From positions 167,774,001 through 167,838,000 of the forward strand of contig NC_086097.1 of the NCBI RefSeq assembly GCF_963921235.1: a DNA stretch of 64,000 bases. Direction: 5' to 3'. How positions within the stretch are numbered: position 1 is the stretch's first letter; every line of letters begins with the position of its first letter. The DNA comes from Mobula hypostoma. Lineage: Eukaryota. The position numbers and the translations under genes were made by a program. Under the pieces are notes generated by a model. The model worked only from the letters and a program-made list of their open reading frames with translations, did not search any database and had not been told where the DNA came from. This document shows, one piece after another, positions 1 to 12,954 of this stretch.

Positions 1-54
1 ATAGTAATAGAACCATAATAGTTAAATAGTAATATGTAAATTATGTCAGTAAAT
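1..54 (-). mobile_element. Rex1/Babar LINE 3' UTR fragment (runs off the window start)
   Basis: Near-identical to the AT-rich 3' UTR of the copies at about 13765-13820 and 15628-15682 (atagtaatagaaccata...gtaaattatg). Confidence 0.75.
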
Positions 55-783
55 GTGGTGGAACAGCTTTTGGACATCTCCGAACAAGAGTCTTTCATGA
101 TCATGACATCCGAACAGACACCAAATTGTTAGTGTACAAAGCAGTGGTGATCCCAACACTCCTGTATCCATCAGAAACCTGGACAACATACCGACGACAT
201 CTGAAGGCACTTGGAAAGTTCCATCGACACTGTCTTCGAAACATCTTAGATATCAGCTGGGAAGATAGAAGAACCAGCGTCAGCGTGCTAAATGAAGCAA
301 AAACAACAAGCATTGAAGCCTACGTCATCAAGAACCAACTAAGATGGAGCAGTCATGTTGTTCAGATGAAAGATGAACGTCTGCCGAAATAAATCTTCTA
401 CTCCCAGCTTAAAGAAGGCAAACATAAAAGAGGCAGACAACAGAAGAGATTCAAAGACGTCTTAAAAGCCAACATGAAGAAATGTAACATCAACATCAAC
501 AATTGGGAAACCAATGCCAAGGACAGGAAACTCTGGCAAACCATCATCCAAGAAGGAACAGCAACTTTCGAAGCCAACAGATGTGCAAAATTAGAAGAAA
601 AGGGAAGAAAATGGAAAGAGAGGCAGTAACAACCAAAGCCCAATCTGCCATCTGAACTACCTGTCCTGAATGCGGAAGAACTTTCAAAGTCAAGATTGGA
701 CTCATAAGCCACTTGAGAGCCCATAAATAAATCAATGGAACAAAGACCATCATCCTCGACCTTGAGGGATAGCTATGACGATG
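55..783 (+). mobile_element. RTE-clade LINE, 5'-truncated 3' end with disrupted ORF
   Basis: ORF 126-392 (VYKAVVIPTLLY.SETWT, QLRWSSHVVQMKDERLPK) continues past stops into a C-terminal CPECGRTF...ISHLRAH zinc-finger-like motif; short GAT-type tail. Confidence 0.9.
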
Positions 784-1934
784 TCCTGTTTGTCCCCAAG
801 AATCCCTCCATCTAACTACTTGTCATTTCTTGTGTTGATTCCTGCAGTACTGTAAGTGTATAACCTTGTACTTTAATTTGTCTCTTTATGCCCGTCTAAC
901 CAGTCTATAGTCGTCTTCCACCAGCCGGTAACTCAAACTTCATCACTATCAACCTCACTGCCAATTTTAGCATCATTGGCAAAATTTTTAACCAAGGCCA
1001 TTTACGTCTCTGTTCCATGAAAGTAGTCCCATCCCTTTCCAGCCCTGATAATGTCCTTGTAAAACTCCGCTGCACCCTTTCTCATACCAATATGTCTACC
1101 CTACATCGTTTCTCTGGTGAATCTCATAAAAAGATGCATTCTGTTGGACATGCTTCTCTAATCACTAAATGTCCCAACAAATGGTTTATCAACTTGCTCA
1201 CAGAGCTAATTTTTATTCTAACTTACTGCTCTCCCTTGTATCCCATGGGTTTATGCTTTGTCAAATGCCTTGGTAAAATTCTCGTTTCCTTGAGGCTTCT
1301 GTTACTCCACCGTTTTCACAACTGATGTAACCATGGCTGTGGTTGTTCAGTATTGCCTATGATTCATTGGTTAGGACTTCAGAGTGTCCCTTGTGGGCAT
1401 CATTTCCTGTCATTCGAAAGCATTCTCCCTTCTGGGTCAAAAGGTTATAGGCTTGAGACTCATGCTAAGGCTTTGAGCCCCATTATCAGTAATGGTTATC
1501 TACATCTATGAACTTAATCTTATATAATCTTTGCTGCCCCTGTCCAAGATTGCAACATTACCCCTCTGTGCTCTCCCTTGCCTGTAAAGCAGTGATATCA
1601 TTCTAAACTCCCAGCTTTGTTTTCATTTCCTCCCGAGCCTTTTCCATTTCTAATTTATTTATTGCTTATTTATCACTATTGCTATTTTTTTTTGTATTTG
1701 CACAGTTGGTTGTCTTCTGTACACTGAACGCCTAAGTTGGTCTTCCACTGATTCTTTTATGGTTATTATTCTTTAATGGATTTATTGAATATGCCACAAG
1801 AAAATTAATCTCAGGGTTGTGTATAGTGATATATATGTACTTTGATAATAAATTTACTTTGAACTTCGAACTTTTTAACATCTGCAAGCCTCCAGTTCTG
1901 GCCCGTCTTAGAGGCTGCTAGAATCTAGAAGCAA

Positions 1935-2490
1935 GGAGACTTCAGTGAGGCAGATAAGAATCTGGGGGTCTTGGTAGGGTCAATGTAGAGAGGATGTTCC
2001 CTCTCGTTGGAGAATAGAGTAACATTTTAAAAATGTTGGAGGCGTTCATCCATTTAAGACAAAGATGAGGTAAAAGATTTTCAGCACACAAAAATCGCCG
2101 GAGGAACTCAGCAGGTAAGGTAGCAGCTATGCAGGGAAATGAAAAGTTGATATTTTGGGCTAAGACCCTTCAAAGGATCTCAGTTTGAAATGTCAATACT
2201 TTGTTTGCTTCCATAGATGCTGCCTGACCTGTTGAATTCCTCCAGCATTTTGTGTGTGTTGATCTAGATTTATAGCATTTGCGGTTTCCCTTGCGTCTTT
2301 GTGTGAGTCTTTGGAAATCTCTGCCCTGAAGGGGATGGAATATTTTTGACACAGTGGTGGAGAAATTCTTCATATCAAGAGATTGAAAGGTTATTCTGGG
2401 TAGGCAGGAATACAGAATTGATGTTATAGTCATAATCTAACGACAAAACTGACTCGGGGGCAAAGTGACCTACCCCTGCTCCTGATTTGT
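1935..2490 (+). mobile_element. Decayed CR1 3' fragment interrupted by a Penelope-derived insert
   Basis: gatgttccctctcgttggagaa...tttaagacaaagatgagg, resuming after about 2300 as gagtctttggaaatctctgccc; typical CR1 3' end text. Confidence 0.6.
2085..2298. mobile_element. Penelope-derived inverted-repeat (fold-back) insert
   Basis: cacacaaaaatcgccggaggaactcagcagg... pairs with ...cctgttgaattcctccagcattttgtgtgtg; same family as 48089 and 63883. Confidence 0.75.
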
Positions 2491-2756
2491 GGGTTTATTC
2501 CAGCAAGTACCAAAGCATATGTTCTATAAATTCTCCCTAAACCTCTCCAACTCTCTTCCTTTAAGATACTCACAGAATCCCACCCTGTGAGATTTTGGTC
2601 ACTTCTGCTACCATCTCCTTGTATGTCGTAATGTCACTGTTTTGTTTGCTGAAGTGTAAGGGTCATTATCTATGCCAGAGACACTATATAAATCCACATG
2701 TTGATATATTGAAGGTGTGTTGTATTGTTGGGACTGCATTTCTTTAGCTATACAAT

Positions 2757-2815
2757 GGAGATGGACGATAAAATCCAGTGGCAGAATTGAAAGGAACTCT
2801 CCCGGTGTCCTGGCT
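2757..2815 (+). mobile_element. Deu-SINE (SacSINE/AmnSINE-like) central-domain relic
   Basis: gatggacgataaaatccagtggca...ggaactctcccggtgtcctggc resembles the Deu domain as I recall it; other possible relics near 1425-1490 and 61400-61432. Confidence 0.5.
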
Positions 2816-3437
2816 GTGACTGGATATTTGCAGGAGTTTTAGTGGGCATGTTGGATACATGCATTGCACAAGCCTACTTAATGAATTTAATGATTATTGT
2901 GGTCCACAGGGATTGGTGTGGTCTCTTGCTCTGTACCACAAGACTTAATTTTTTTTTAATCCATTAGTTGCTCATGTCAAGTTGTGCTCTCCAGCTAACA
3001 ATTACAGCTGGTTTTATCACCGCTTGGTATGGAGTCTCCGATGTGCAGGTTCGAAAGAGACTGCAGAGAGTTGTAGATTTAACCAGCTCCTTCAGTGCTT
3101 TTCATATTTGGCAAAAATCATCAGTGAAATCTTGGATATTTTAGGATTAGAAAGCACTTTGTTTAGCAGAATTATGTTTACAATGTGATAAAAGGACCTT
3201 TATTTTCTCCTCTTGCTATTTGAGTTAGTAATAAAATGAATTCAGCGAGACTAAGATCTGTATGTAATTGCCCATCACTTACCTGTTCATAATCCAAGAC
3301 AAAATTGCCTCCATCACTCAGGAATCCTGGATGAGGAGATGTCAGAAGTTGTACGATATTCTGTTAAGTCAGATGAGAAACTATTTGAACAACATTGATG
3401 GAGCTTAAGTCTTGAAACCTTATTGCCATTGTTGCAG

Positions 3438-3735
3438 GTGTCACAGTGGTTTGGTAGTTAGTGTTGTTCTTGATGGTTTCGACCCAGGTTCGATCCTGAC
3501 CTCCAGAGTTGTCTGTGTACAAATTCTCTCCCCGAATGGGTCTGAACCCACATGGTTGTAGGTTAATTGGCCTCTAATTTGCCTCATTGTGTTGGCAAGT
3601 AGCAAAATAATCAAAGGATGAGTCTACGAATTTGGGAGAAGGAAAAATAGATTTGAGAAAAATAAGGACAAGGGATGGGACAAAAGGATTCCTCTGTTAG
3701 GAGACAGTATGGAGCCGATGAATCAGCTGTCCTTT
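3438..3735 (+). mobile_element. Decayed V-SINE (HE1-like)
   Basis: tRNA-like B box ggttcgatcc followed by V-domain-like gtaggttaattggcc...aatttgcc. Confidence 0.6.
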
Positions 3736-3744
3736 GGCACAATA

Positions 3745-4351
3745 CAGGTCAGCCCAGGAAATCAACCAGTTCCATTTTTTTTTTACAGATGTGTTTTGGT
3801 CAATTTTATTCGTAAGTCAGAAACTGCATAAAATTCACTGGATGTGGTAACCACATCTCCACAGTGTTGTTGTGAATGGTATCAAAGGCACATAAAATTG
3901 ATGACAAAGAAGAAAATCACAATCAGATTTATTATAACTGATCTATAAAATTTGTTGTTTTGCCACAGCAGTGCAGTGCAATGGCATAAAATTACTATAA
4001 ATTTTAGAAAATGAATAAATAGTGCAAAAAAAGGAATAACAAGGTGGTATTTATGGACCATCAGGAAATCTGATGGTAGAGTGGAAGAAGCTCTTCTTGA
4101 ATCAGTAAATGTGGGTCTTCAGGTTCCTGTACCTCCTCCCTAATGGTGGGAACAAGAGGAGGGCATGTTCCCGGATGGTGAGATTCCCTAGTGATGAGTG
4201 CTGTCTTCAGGCACTAAAAGTGGATAAAGAGAGAGGAAACTAGTTCTGCTATCTGTATGAACATCAGACTTTTGAATTTAGCAATGTAATGGGAACTTGT
4301 TGTTTGTACATGTGTCCGAATGTCAGGTGTTTGTAACCAGAGGGCAGCCTG
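3745..4351. mobile_element. Old Tigger-like non-autonomous DNA element with a Rex1-type insert at about 3920-4212
   Basis: TA followed by caggtcagccc on the left and gggcagcctg on the right (imperfect TIR); internal minus-strand Rex1 3' end (caggttcctgtacctcctccctaatgg). Confidence 0.45.
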
Positions 4352-6165
4352 GAAGCAAAAATGACTGCAAGAAAATATTTTGCTCTTTTTGAACTTCCTC
4401 TTAAGCCATGTTAAAAAGCATTTTTATTTTTAAAATATATTATGATTATTTGGATAAAATAAATAAGCTTGAAAGTTCTAGTGGAAGCAAAAATTGACCA
4501 ATTGACGTTTCATGGGGACATAATGCTGGTAATAATGTAAGGTGCATTTTCCTTGCTGAGATTTACTGTTACAAGCAACGTTGGCAAACTTTGCATTTAG
4601 TTAGAACTTTAGTGTAGCTATCACCTCATTTCCTCTTTCTGCCATGAATTCTGGAGATTTGAAAAAGCAAACAGTTTTGGGGAGAAGCAGGATGTTATTT
4701 TAAGATACTTTTGAACAAACGTGGGGAAGTGTTTCGATAAGTGAAACTGATGGAATTAATAGGTTGGTCATAGTTTCAGCTGTTATACATTCGCTCAAGT
4801 AATGTTTAACACATGAATTCTCTTTGTGTGTGGTATTTCCTGTAAGGCAAGTTTGGAAACTATTACTAAGCCGTTTAGTGTGTGTGTCTGTGGTTCAAAG
4901 AAATATTGCATGTTATTTAAAAGCCTTCTAAAATAGGTTGTTCCTGCAAGTTGTTCAGAGATTAGTGAAGGCAGTGTGTGGTGTTTTTCATCTTGTCTTT
5001 GCATACACAATCCAATGTGATCAAGCTGTAATGGCTGGAGATCTAAAATGGTGAAGGTACTCAGGTCAGTCAGGCTGTATCCATAGAGAGAGAAACAGAA
5101 TTGGCTTTTTAACTCTGAGCTTTTGTCAGAAATTGAAAAGTGAAAAGGCAGGCACATTTTATGAAGTGGGAATGGGTGGACAATGCGGAAGCAAAGACTG
5201 GTTTGTGATTGGGTGGAATTCAAGATCACCCATATTGCACGCTGCTTTGTGCTGTCTTTGAAAGGATGGAGAACACTTATTAGTCTAGTCGATAGCTGGG
5301 TTGTCCAAAGAAGTGAAGTGGGGTTGGTGGGTGGCAAAGCAGATTGAGAGCAACCAAGAGAGAGAGAGATTAAGAAACAACTGTAGACTTTGAGTGCAAT
5401 GCACTGGAGTTATTGGAAATCTGAAGGAAGGGAAAATGATGGAAATGTATATCAAATCAAGTGACCCCTGTGAAGAGAGAATATTAGTCCATGGTGGTGA
5501 AAGAGGTGTTCTGTCACTGAGGAAGGATTATGTTCAAAGGTTCATTTATTGTCACTCTGAAATTATTCTCCAGATAGTCATGAACCAAGAAAGAAAACAG
5601 CAGCACGATTATCAACCCCCAAATCCCTCCTCCCCACACAAAAAAAGAACAAAAATGGAATGGGCATATTGACCCCCAAATTCCCCTCCCCTGCATACAA
5701 AAAATATCAGTCATAAATCACAGAATATAAAAGAACTAAGACTGGGAAAAAAAAAGTCCATATCCAAGTCCAAGTTATGCAAGATTCAGAAAGATGCAGA
5801 AGTCAGAATCAGGTTCAATATCACTAACATCGGTTGTGAACCTTGTTTAGTGGCCTCAGTACAGTGAAATACCTAAAAATTACAATCAGAATATATTAAA
5901 AATATGTATTGATCATTGCCAGTACTGAGTTTCTGCCCTTTCCCTCGGGGGGAGGGGAGAGGCGGGAGGGTGCACAGGGGAACCAAATATCTGCAGATGC
6001 TATAAATGTGAAATAACACAACAGATTCCCCTTACAAGTCAAGCATCTTCTATTGTGGGAGAAACTGCAATGCTAGTTCTGGTCCAAAACTTCCATCAGA
6101 AATGCTAACCCTATTCTTCTGTCCAGAAGATTGGTTAGAATTGTTTAGTTGTGGAAATTACAATA

Positions 6166-7475
6166 CAGGTTTGCCCCGCTATCTGAAGGTAGAGCGTTAC
6201 TATGAAACAGTTCGTAAGCCGGAATGTCATAAAGTGAATAAGCAATTACCATTTATTAATATGAGAAAAATCTTTGAGCATTCCCAGACCCAAGAAATAA
6301 CCTACAAAATCATGCCAAATAACACATAAAACCTAAAATAACAGTAACATATAGTAAAAGCAGGAATGATATGATAAATACACAGCCTATATAAAGTAGA
6401 AGTACTTTTCTGCAGCACTGTCTGGTGCAGCGAAAATCTCGCGGAAGCGCTCTCGGCAGAAACACTCTGTCCAATAACCTTTAAGCTATGAAGCTGCCAA
6501 ATCATCCCAAATAAGACATAAAAATACACAGCCTATATAAAGTAGAAATAATGTATGTACAGTGTAGTTTCACATACCGGAATTAGGAGGACTCCAATAA
6601 AGTGCAGTTTTGTTACAGTCAAACACTTCGGCAATCACCTCTGATCTGGGCCGATATTTATGTGCTGGGCGGCACCTAATTGATTAGCTTGTTTATTTCG
6701 GCTTTTTTCTTAAAGATGTGCTGGGTGCGTTCCGGCCACCGCTGCACCACCACATTCTTCGCGGCAATGTAGCAGTCCGCGGCCCGGAGGTTGGGGTCCA
6801 CTGCTTAAACTATGAAGCTGCCCTCACCTCAGAAACCGATCAAACTACCTTTAAATTCCACTTTCGCAACACTTTCATCACCATCGTCCAGTGCTTTCTG
6901 TTTCAGCTTATTAAAAAGACTGATTTCTCCTTAAGTATAAGAAAACTTAACAGAGCACCATGCTTTGTACACCCATCAATCCACTCAAGCAATAGACTTC
7001 CCATTTTATCCATTATTGGATGCCGACTAAGAGAGACCACTTTGCTATGAGCCGAACCAACAGTAACATCGGCAGCTTTCAAAATTCTTTCTCTCTGCGT
7101 ATAAATAGTGCGAATGGTGGATGCAGGCAAGTTCAATGCATGGACAATATCCTTACTTCATTCACCACGATCGAAACGCTTAGTTATGTCTAGTTCTACG
7201 CTAAGTGTAACACCCTTACGAGCTTTTTTAGGCTCTTCCGATACCTTAGAACTCATCTTGCTAATGGATGCACAAGATAAATCGAGATAAAGCACGTGTC
7301 TAAGCAATGCCAGCTAGAATGCAGTTCCGGGGGAGGAGCTTGGCTGTTTGGGCACACGCTGCCTTTTTTCGTAGCAGTGAAAATACCTTCTGTTAGCGAA
7401 AACGGGTAACTAATGTAGGTCTTTCGTAACAGCGAGGTATCGTAAGGCAAACGGCCGGAAAATGGGGGCCACCTG
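6166..7475 (-). mobile_element. Tigger/pogo DNA transposon, internally deleted
   Basis: TA-flanked ends (ta|caggtttgcccc and gggggccacctg|ta); carries the transposase N-terminus only; internal direct sub-repeats at about 6307-6401 and 6498-6547. Confidence 0.9.
6795..7256 (-). pseudogene. Pogo/Tigger transposase N-terminus (CENP-B-type HTH domains), disrupted
   Basis: ATG at 7256: MSSKVSEEPKKARKGVTLSVELDITKRFDRGE*SKDIVHALNLPASTIRTIY...MGSLLLEWID...LILKEK; contains stops and frameshifts; no DDE domain seen. Confidence 0.85.
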
Positions 7476-7679
7476 TATGCCACAGTTGGGTAGGTTTTTA
7501 CAAAGGGACTTGCGGAGATCAAGGAGGCACAGATACCTCCCAAATATCACCGTCTATCCCTGCAAACAGCACAAATATTACTTCTTAATAAATAAAGAAG
7601 TTTGCAGGTGGATTCTAGAAGATGTTTTTTGGAAGCGCATTTATTATTTAATCAGCTTAATTAGTTAATAAATGAGTAC

Positions 7680-8090
7680 CTGAGTTATCAGGAAAGATTG
7701 CATAGTTTAGGACTTTTATTCTCTGGAGTGCAGGAGAATGAGGGAAGATCTTACAGGGGTGTACAAAATTATGAAGGGTACAGATAATGTGAATACAAGC
7801 AGGTTTTTTCCCTTCTGAATAAGACTAGAACTACAAGTTTGGGCTGAAACATTTAAGAAGGATCTGAGGAGGAACTTCTTCACTTAGAGAGTGGTGCAAG
7901 TATGAAACAGGCTGCCAGCTGAAGAGGTTGATACGAGTTCAACTGTAACATTTAAAAGAAATAAGTACACGGATGAGAGCGGTATGGAGTGCTATGACCC
8001 AGGTGCAGGTAGGTAGGACTAGACAGGCAAGGCTAGCATGGTATTGATGGGCTGAAGGGCCTGATTCTGTCTGTAGTGCTCTATGACTCT
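7680..8090 (+). mobile_element. CR1 3' fragment
   Basis: ttttattctctggagtgcaggagaatgagggaagatctt...gggctgaagggcctg...ctatgactct tail. Confidence 0.8.
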
Positions 8091-8589
8091 TATGAATTAG
8101 ATCCCAAGAAATAAAATGGTATGCATTTAGGGTGACCGATTTGCAACTGTGCATCAAATAGAATGCCGTGATTACTTTCGGGAGAACAGGAACATGAATC
8201 CCATGGAGCGTGCTGGTGCATGCAGAGCCAAAGCAGTGCAGTTAGAATTTGTCGCACATTTGCTGCTGCCCTTTTTAATCCAAACACACTTGTCATATTA
8301 ACTTGTTTGTTTCCAAGTGTCGGCTCCCCTGCAACATTGCAGCTACTACTGGGGTTAAGGTCCGTTTGGGTTCTGACAAAAATTCTTGGACTTGAAACAT
8401 TAGCTCTGTTCTCACCCATAGATTTAGCCAGACCTGCTAGATATTTCCCATATACTATGCTCTTATTTCAGATTTAACACCCTCTACAATTTTTTTCTTC
8501 ATTTTTCACTCAGGTTGCGTTCCACTTTCAAACCATGCTCCATGTGAGGAGGCTCTTTCTGAACTTCACACACACCCTGTTTCTAAAAT

Positions 8590-9890
8590 GAAGTCAGAAT
8601 CCGATTTATTATCACTGACAGACATCATGTCATGACATTTGTTGTTTTGTGGCAGCGGTACATTACAGGACATAAAAATACTATAAGTTACAAAATATAA
8701 AGTCAGTAAGCAGTGCTAAAGAGAAATAAAGTAATCAGGTAGTCTTCATGGACTTTCCAGAAGTTTGAAGACAGAGGGAAATGAGCTGTTCCTAAAATGT
8801 TGAGTGAGGATCTTCAGGCTCCTGTACCTCTTCCCTGATGGTATCAGTAAGCATAATCAAAGACCCCACCCACCTTGGCCATTTGTGCTTCCCCACCCAC
8901 CCTTTGGGGAGAAGATACCAAAACCTGAAAGCATGTACCACAAAGCTCAGGGACAGCTTCTATGCTGCTGTCGTCAGACTCTTGAACGATAAGATTGACT
9001 CTTGGCCACGCAGTCCTCTTCATGATGATCTTTATTGTTTACCTCCACTCTACTTTCTTTGCAGTTTTTACACTTTATTCTGCGTTCTGTTACTTTGACA
9101 AGCTTCTGTAGATGTGTAGTGGAGAGTATATTGATGAGCTGCAAAACAGCCTGGTATGGAAACACCAATGCCCTTAAAGAGAAAATCCGACAAAAAGGAC
9201 TGGATACGGACCAGTCCATCATGGGCAAAGCCCTCCACACCATGGAGTACATCTATGTAAAACATTGTTCCAGGAAAGCAACGTCCATCATCGGGCCTTC
9301 CACCACCATATAGGCATACTCTCCTCTCACTGCTCATTAATGAAGGCACAGGAGCCTCAGGACTCGCACCACCAGGTTTAGGAACAGTTACTACCCCTCA
9401 ATCATAAGGCGTTTGAACCAAAGGGCATATTTCCAGCATCTGCAGATTTTCTCTTGTTTGTGATTTTTTTTTTAACTTCACTCAACTTCACTTGCTCCAT
9501 CATTGAATTGTTCCCACAACCAATGGACTCACTTTCAAGGACTCTTCATCTCATGTTCCCAATATTTGTTGCTTGCTTGTTTGTTTGTTTGTTTGTTTGT
9601 TTATTTATTTATTTATTATTTCTTTTTGTAATTGGTTGAACACACAGATTGGTGCTACCTTTCATTAATTCTGTTATGGTTATTATTCTAGAGATTTATT
9701 GAGTTTGCCAGCAAGAATCTCCGGGTTGTATATGGTGACATATAAGTACTTTGATAATTTACTTTGAACTTGTTTTTACCTTGGTCTACCTCAATGCACT
9801 GTGTAACGATTAGATCTGTAGGAACAATATGCAAGACTATCTTTCCACTGTATCTCTGTAGATATGACAGTAATAAAAGAATGCCAAAAG
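8590..9890. mobile_element. Cluster of Rex1/L2-type 3' fragments (minus at 8590-8840, plus at 8850-9890)
   Basis: Translations YRCVVESIL..C.TAWYGN and KLRDSFY.A.VRLLN; tttgaac tail; (TTGT)n(TTAT)n tract at 9573-9620. Confidence 0.75.
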
Positions 9891-10746
9891 TGGCATATTT
9901 TGGAGAGCTTTAGATGCCAGTGTCTTTATGGTCATAGCCAATGCTGCTGTTGGTGTGATAGCTGGATGCTGGGCTGGAACAGTCAGCATGTTTATTTGTA
10001 CTTAAGCAGTCAGCAGTCTTAGTCATCTGTTTTACTGCTTAGCAACATCCAGTGTTACTTGACCAAAACATCTGGGTATGAACGGTAAAGAGAGGTTGAA
10101 CCAACTTGAATTGTTTTTCTCTGTAGTGTCAGAAGCTGCCAAAGGTTTATAAAAATCTGAGAGGTAAAGATAGGGTCAGAGTCCTTATCCCAGGACAAAA
10201 ATGTCAAATACTAGAGGATGTACATTTAAGGTAAGAGGGGGAAAGCTTAATGGAGATTTGTGGGCAAGTTTTTTCTTACACAGGTGCCCGGATTGCACTG
10301 TCGGGATAGCGGTAGAAACAGTTGCAGTAGTGGTGTTGAGGTTTTTAGACACATGAATGCTGAAGGGAATCGAGGGAAGAGAATTCACTCTTGAAGCATA
10401 AAGATCCAAAGAGCAGAAAAATGGCAGAGATGGGCTGAATCAAGGTGTTAGTTTGTTTTTGATTGAAACAACAGCATTTGTAAGAGCTTGTTTGCATTAC
10501 CTACAGTGAATATAATACTTCAAAGACTATTGGACTGCACTTTCAGTCATCCATCTGTGGTATTGGCTCAGCTTGTATTTTTTTGTTTTCCCCTTTATTT
10601 CTTTTCGTTCCCTTTGTGAGCGGAGGCACATCTTCCTGCTCTGCATTTCACAGCACCCACATCCCTTTGTCCATGTTCTCACATTCCAAGTGTTCCCATT
10701 CACTCACTGATCAGATAAGCTTGTCTGTAGTTTATCCCCAAGAGAG

Positions 10747-12566
10747 ACATAGAAACATAGAAAATAGGTGCAGGAGTAGGCCATTCGACCCTTCGAGCCT
10801 GCACCACCATTTATTATGATCATGGCTGATCATCCAACTCAGACCCTTGCACCAGCCTTCCCTCCATACCCCCTGATCCCCGTAGCCACAAGGGCCATGT
10901 CTAACTCCCTCTTAGATATAGCTAATGAACTGGCCTTAACTGTTTCCTGTGGCAGAGAATTCCACAGATTCACCACTCTCTGTGTGAAGAAGTTTTTCCT
11001 AATCTCGGTCCTAAAAGGCTTCCCCTTTATCCTCAAACTGTGACCCCTCGTTCTGGACTTCCCCAACATCGGGAACAATCTTCCTGCATCTAGCCTGTCC
11101 AATCCCTTTAGGATTTTATATGTTTCAATCAGATCCCTCCTCAATCTTCTAAATTCCAACGAGTACAAGCCCAGTTCATCCAGTCTTTCTTCATATGAAA
11201 GTCCTGCCATCCCACGAATCAATCTGGTGAACCTTCTTTGTACTCCCTCTATGGCAAGGATGTCTTTCCTCAGATTAGGGGACCAAAACTGCACACAATA
11301 CTCCAGGTGTGGTCTCACCAAGGCCTTGTACAACTGCAGTAGTACCTCCCTGCTCCTGTACTCGAATCCTCTCGCTATAAATGCCAGCATACCATTTGCC
11401 TTTTTCACCGCCTGCTGTACCTACATGCCCACTTTCAATGACTGGTGTATAATGACACCCAGGTCTCATTGCACCTCCCCTTTTCCTAATCGGCCACCAT
11501 TCAGATAATAATCTGTTTTCCTATTTTTGCCACCAAAGTGGATAACTTCACATTTATCCACATTAAATTGCATCTGCCTTGAATTTGCCCACTCATCCAA
11601 CCTATCCAAGTCACCCTGCATCCTCTTAGCATCCTCCTCACAGCTAACACTGCCGCCCAGCTTCGTGTCATCCACAAACTTGGAGATGCTGCATTTAATT
11701 CCCTCGTCCAAGTCATTAATATATATTGCAAACAACTGGGGTCCCAGCACTGAGCCTTGCGGTACCCCACTAGTCACTGCCTGCCATTCTGAAAAGGTTC
11801 TGTTTATTCCCACTCTTTGCTTCCTGTCTGCTAACCAATTCTCTATCCACATCAATACCTTACCCCCAATACTGTGTGCTTTAAGTTTGCACACTAATCT
11901 CCTGTGTGGGACCTTGTCAAAAGCCTTTTGAAAATCCAAATATACCACATCCACTGATTCTCCCCTATCCACTCTACTAGTTACATCCTCAAAAAATTCT
12001 ATGAGATTCGTCAGACATGATTTTCCTTTCACAAATCCATGCTGACTTTGTCCGATGATTTCACCGCTTTCCAAATGTGCTGTTATCATATCTTTGATAA
12101 CTGACTCCAGCAGTTTCGCCACCACCGACGTTAGGCTAACCGGTCTATAATTCCCCGGTTTCTCTCTCCCTCCTTTTTTAAAAAGTGGGGTTACATTAGC
12201 CACCCTCCAATCCTCAGGAACTAGTCCAGAATCTAACGAGTTTTGAAAAATTATCACTAATGCATCCACTATTTCTTGGGCTACTTCCATAAGCACTCTG
12301 GGATGCAGACCATCTGGCCCTGGGGATTTATCTGCCTTCAATCCCTTCAATTTACCTAACACTACTTCCCTACTAACATGTATTTCGCTCAGTTCCTCCA
12401 TCTCACTGGACCCTCTGTCCCCTACTATTTTTGGAAGATTATTTATGTCCTCCTTAGTGAAGACAGAACCAAAGTAATTATTCAATTGGTCTGCCATGTC
12501 CTTGCTCCCCATGATCAATTCACCTGTTTCTGTCTGCAGGGGACCTACATTTGTCTTTACCAGTCT
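10747..12566 (-). mobile_element. Young CR1 LINE, about 1.8 kb, 5'-truncated (RT to 3' end)
   Basis: ORFs 11466-12518 and 10839-11408 lie in the same frame (NYRPVSLTS, YLDFQKAFDKVPH, GVPQGSVLGP, KFVDDTKLGG, VRPHLEYCVQFWSP); (TTTCTATG)n tail. Confidence 0.97.
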
Positions 12567-12954
12567 CCAGACACCTCCACTTTCACCCTCCCTGCAGCTT
12601 TTATTCTCTCCTCCCTTCTTCTAACGAAGGATCTTCAACCTTCCCTTCCCACAGATGCTGCTTGACCTGCTGAGTATTTCCAGCACCTTCTGTTTCTATT
12701 TCAGAATTCCAGCAACCTTTGATTTTGCTTTTTGAACCCATATGTAATTAAATATTTGGAGAACTGCAGTCCTTCTGATAAAGTTCCTCCACTATAACAT
12801 TCATTTGGGATTCTCAGAAATTTGATTACCATGGTTATGAAAGATGTATTTCCAAGTTAGGATAGTTGTGTCACTTGGTAGTGGTGGTGTTCCAATCACC
12901 TGCCTCCTTCTTCCAAGCCATCAAACACTTGGATAAGGTGTGGTCAAACACAAT

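Noticed and set aside
4795..5337. 180-aa minus-strand ORF
   Set aside because: No recognisable domain; it overlaps a decayed Penelope-type repeat and has a non-ATG start.
11227..11931. Plus-strand ORFs opposite the CR1 RT (similar cases at 13928-14301, 23296-23700 and 34492-34794)
   Set aside because: Antisense shadows of LINE coding sequence.
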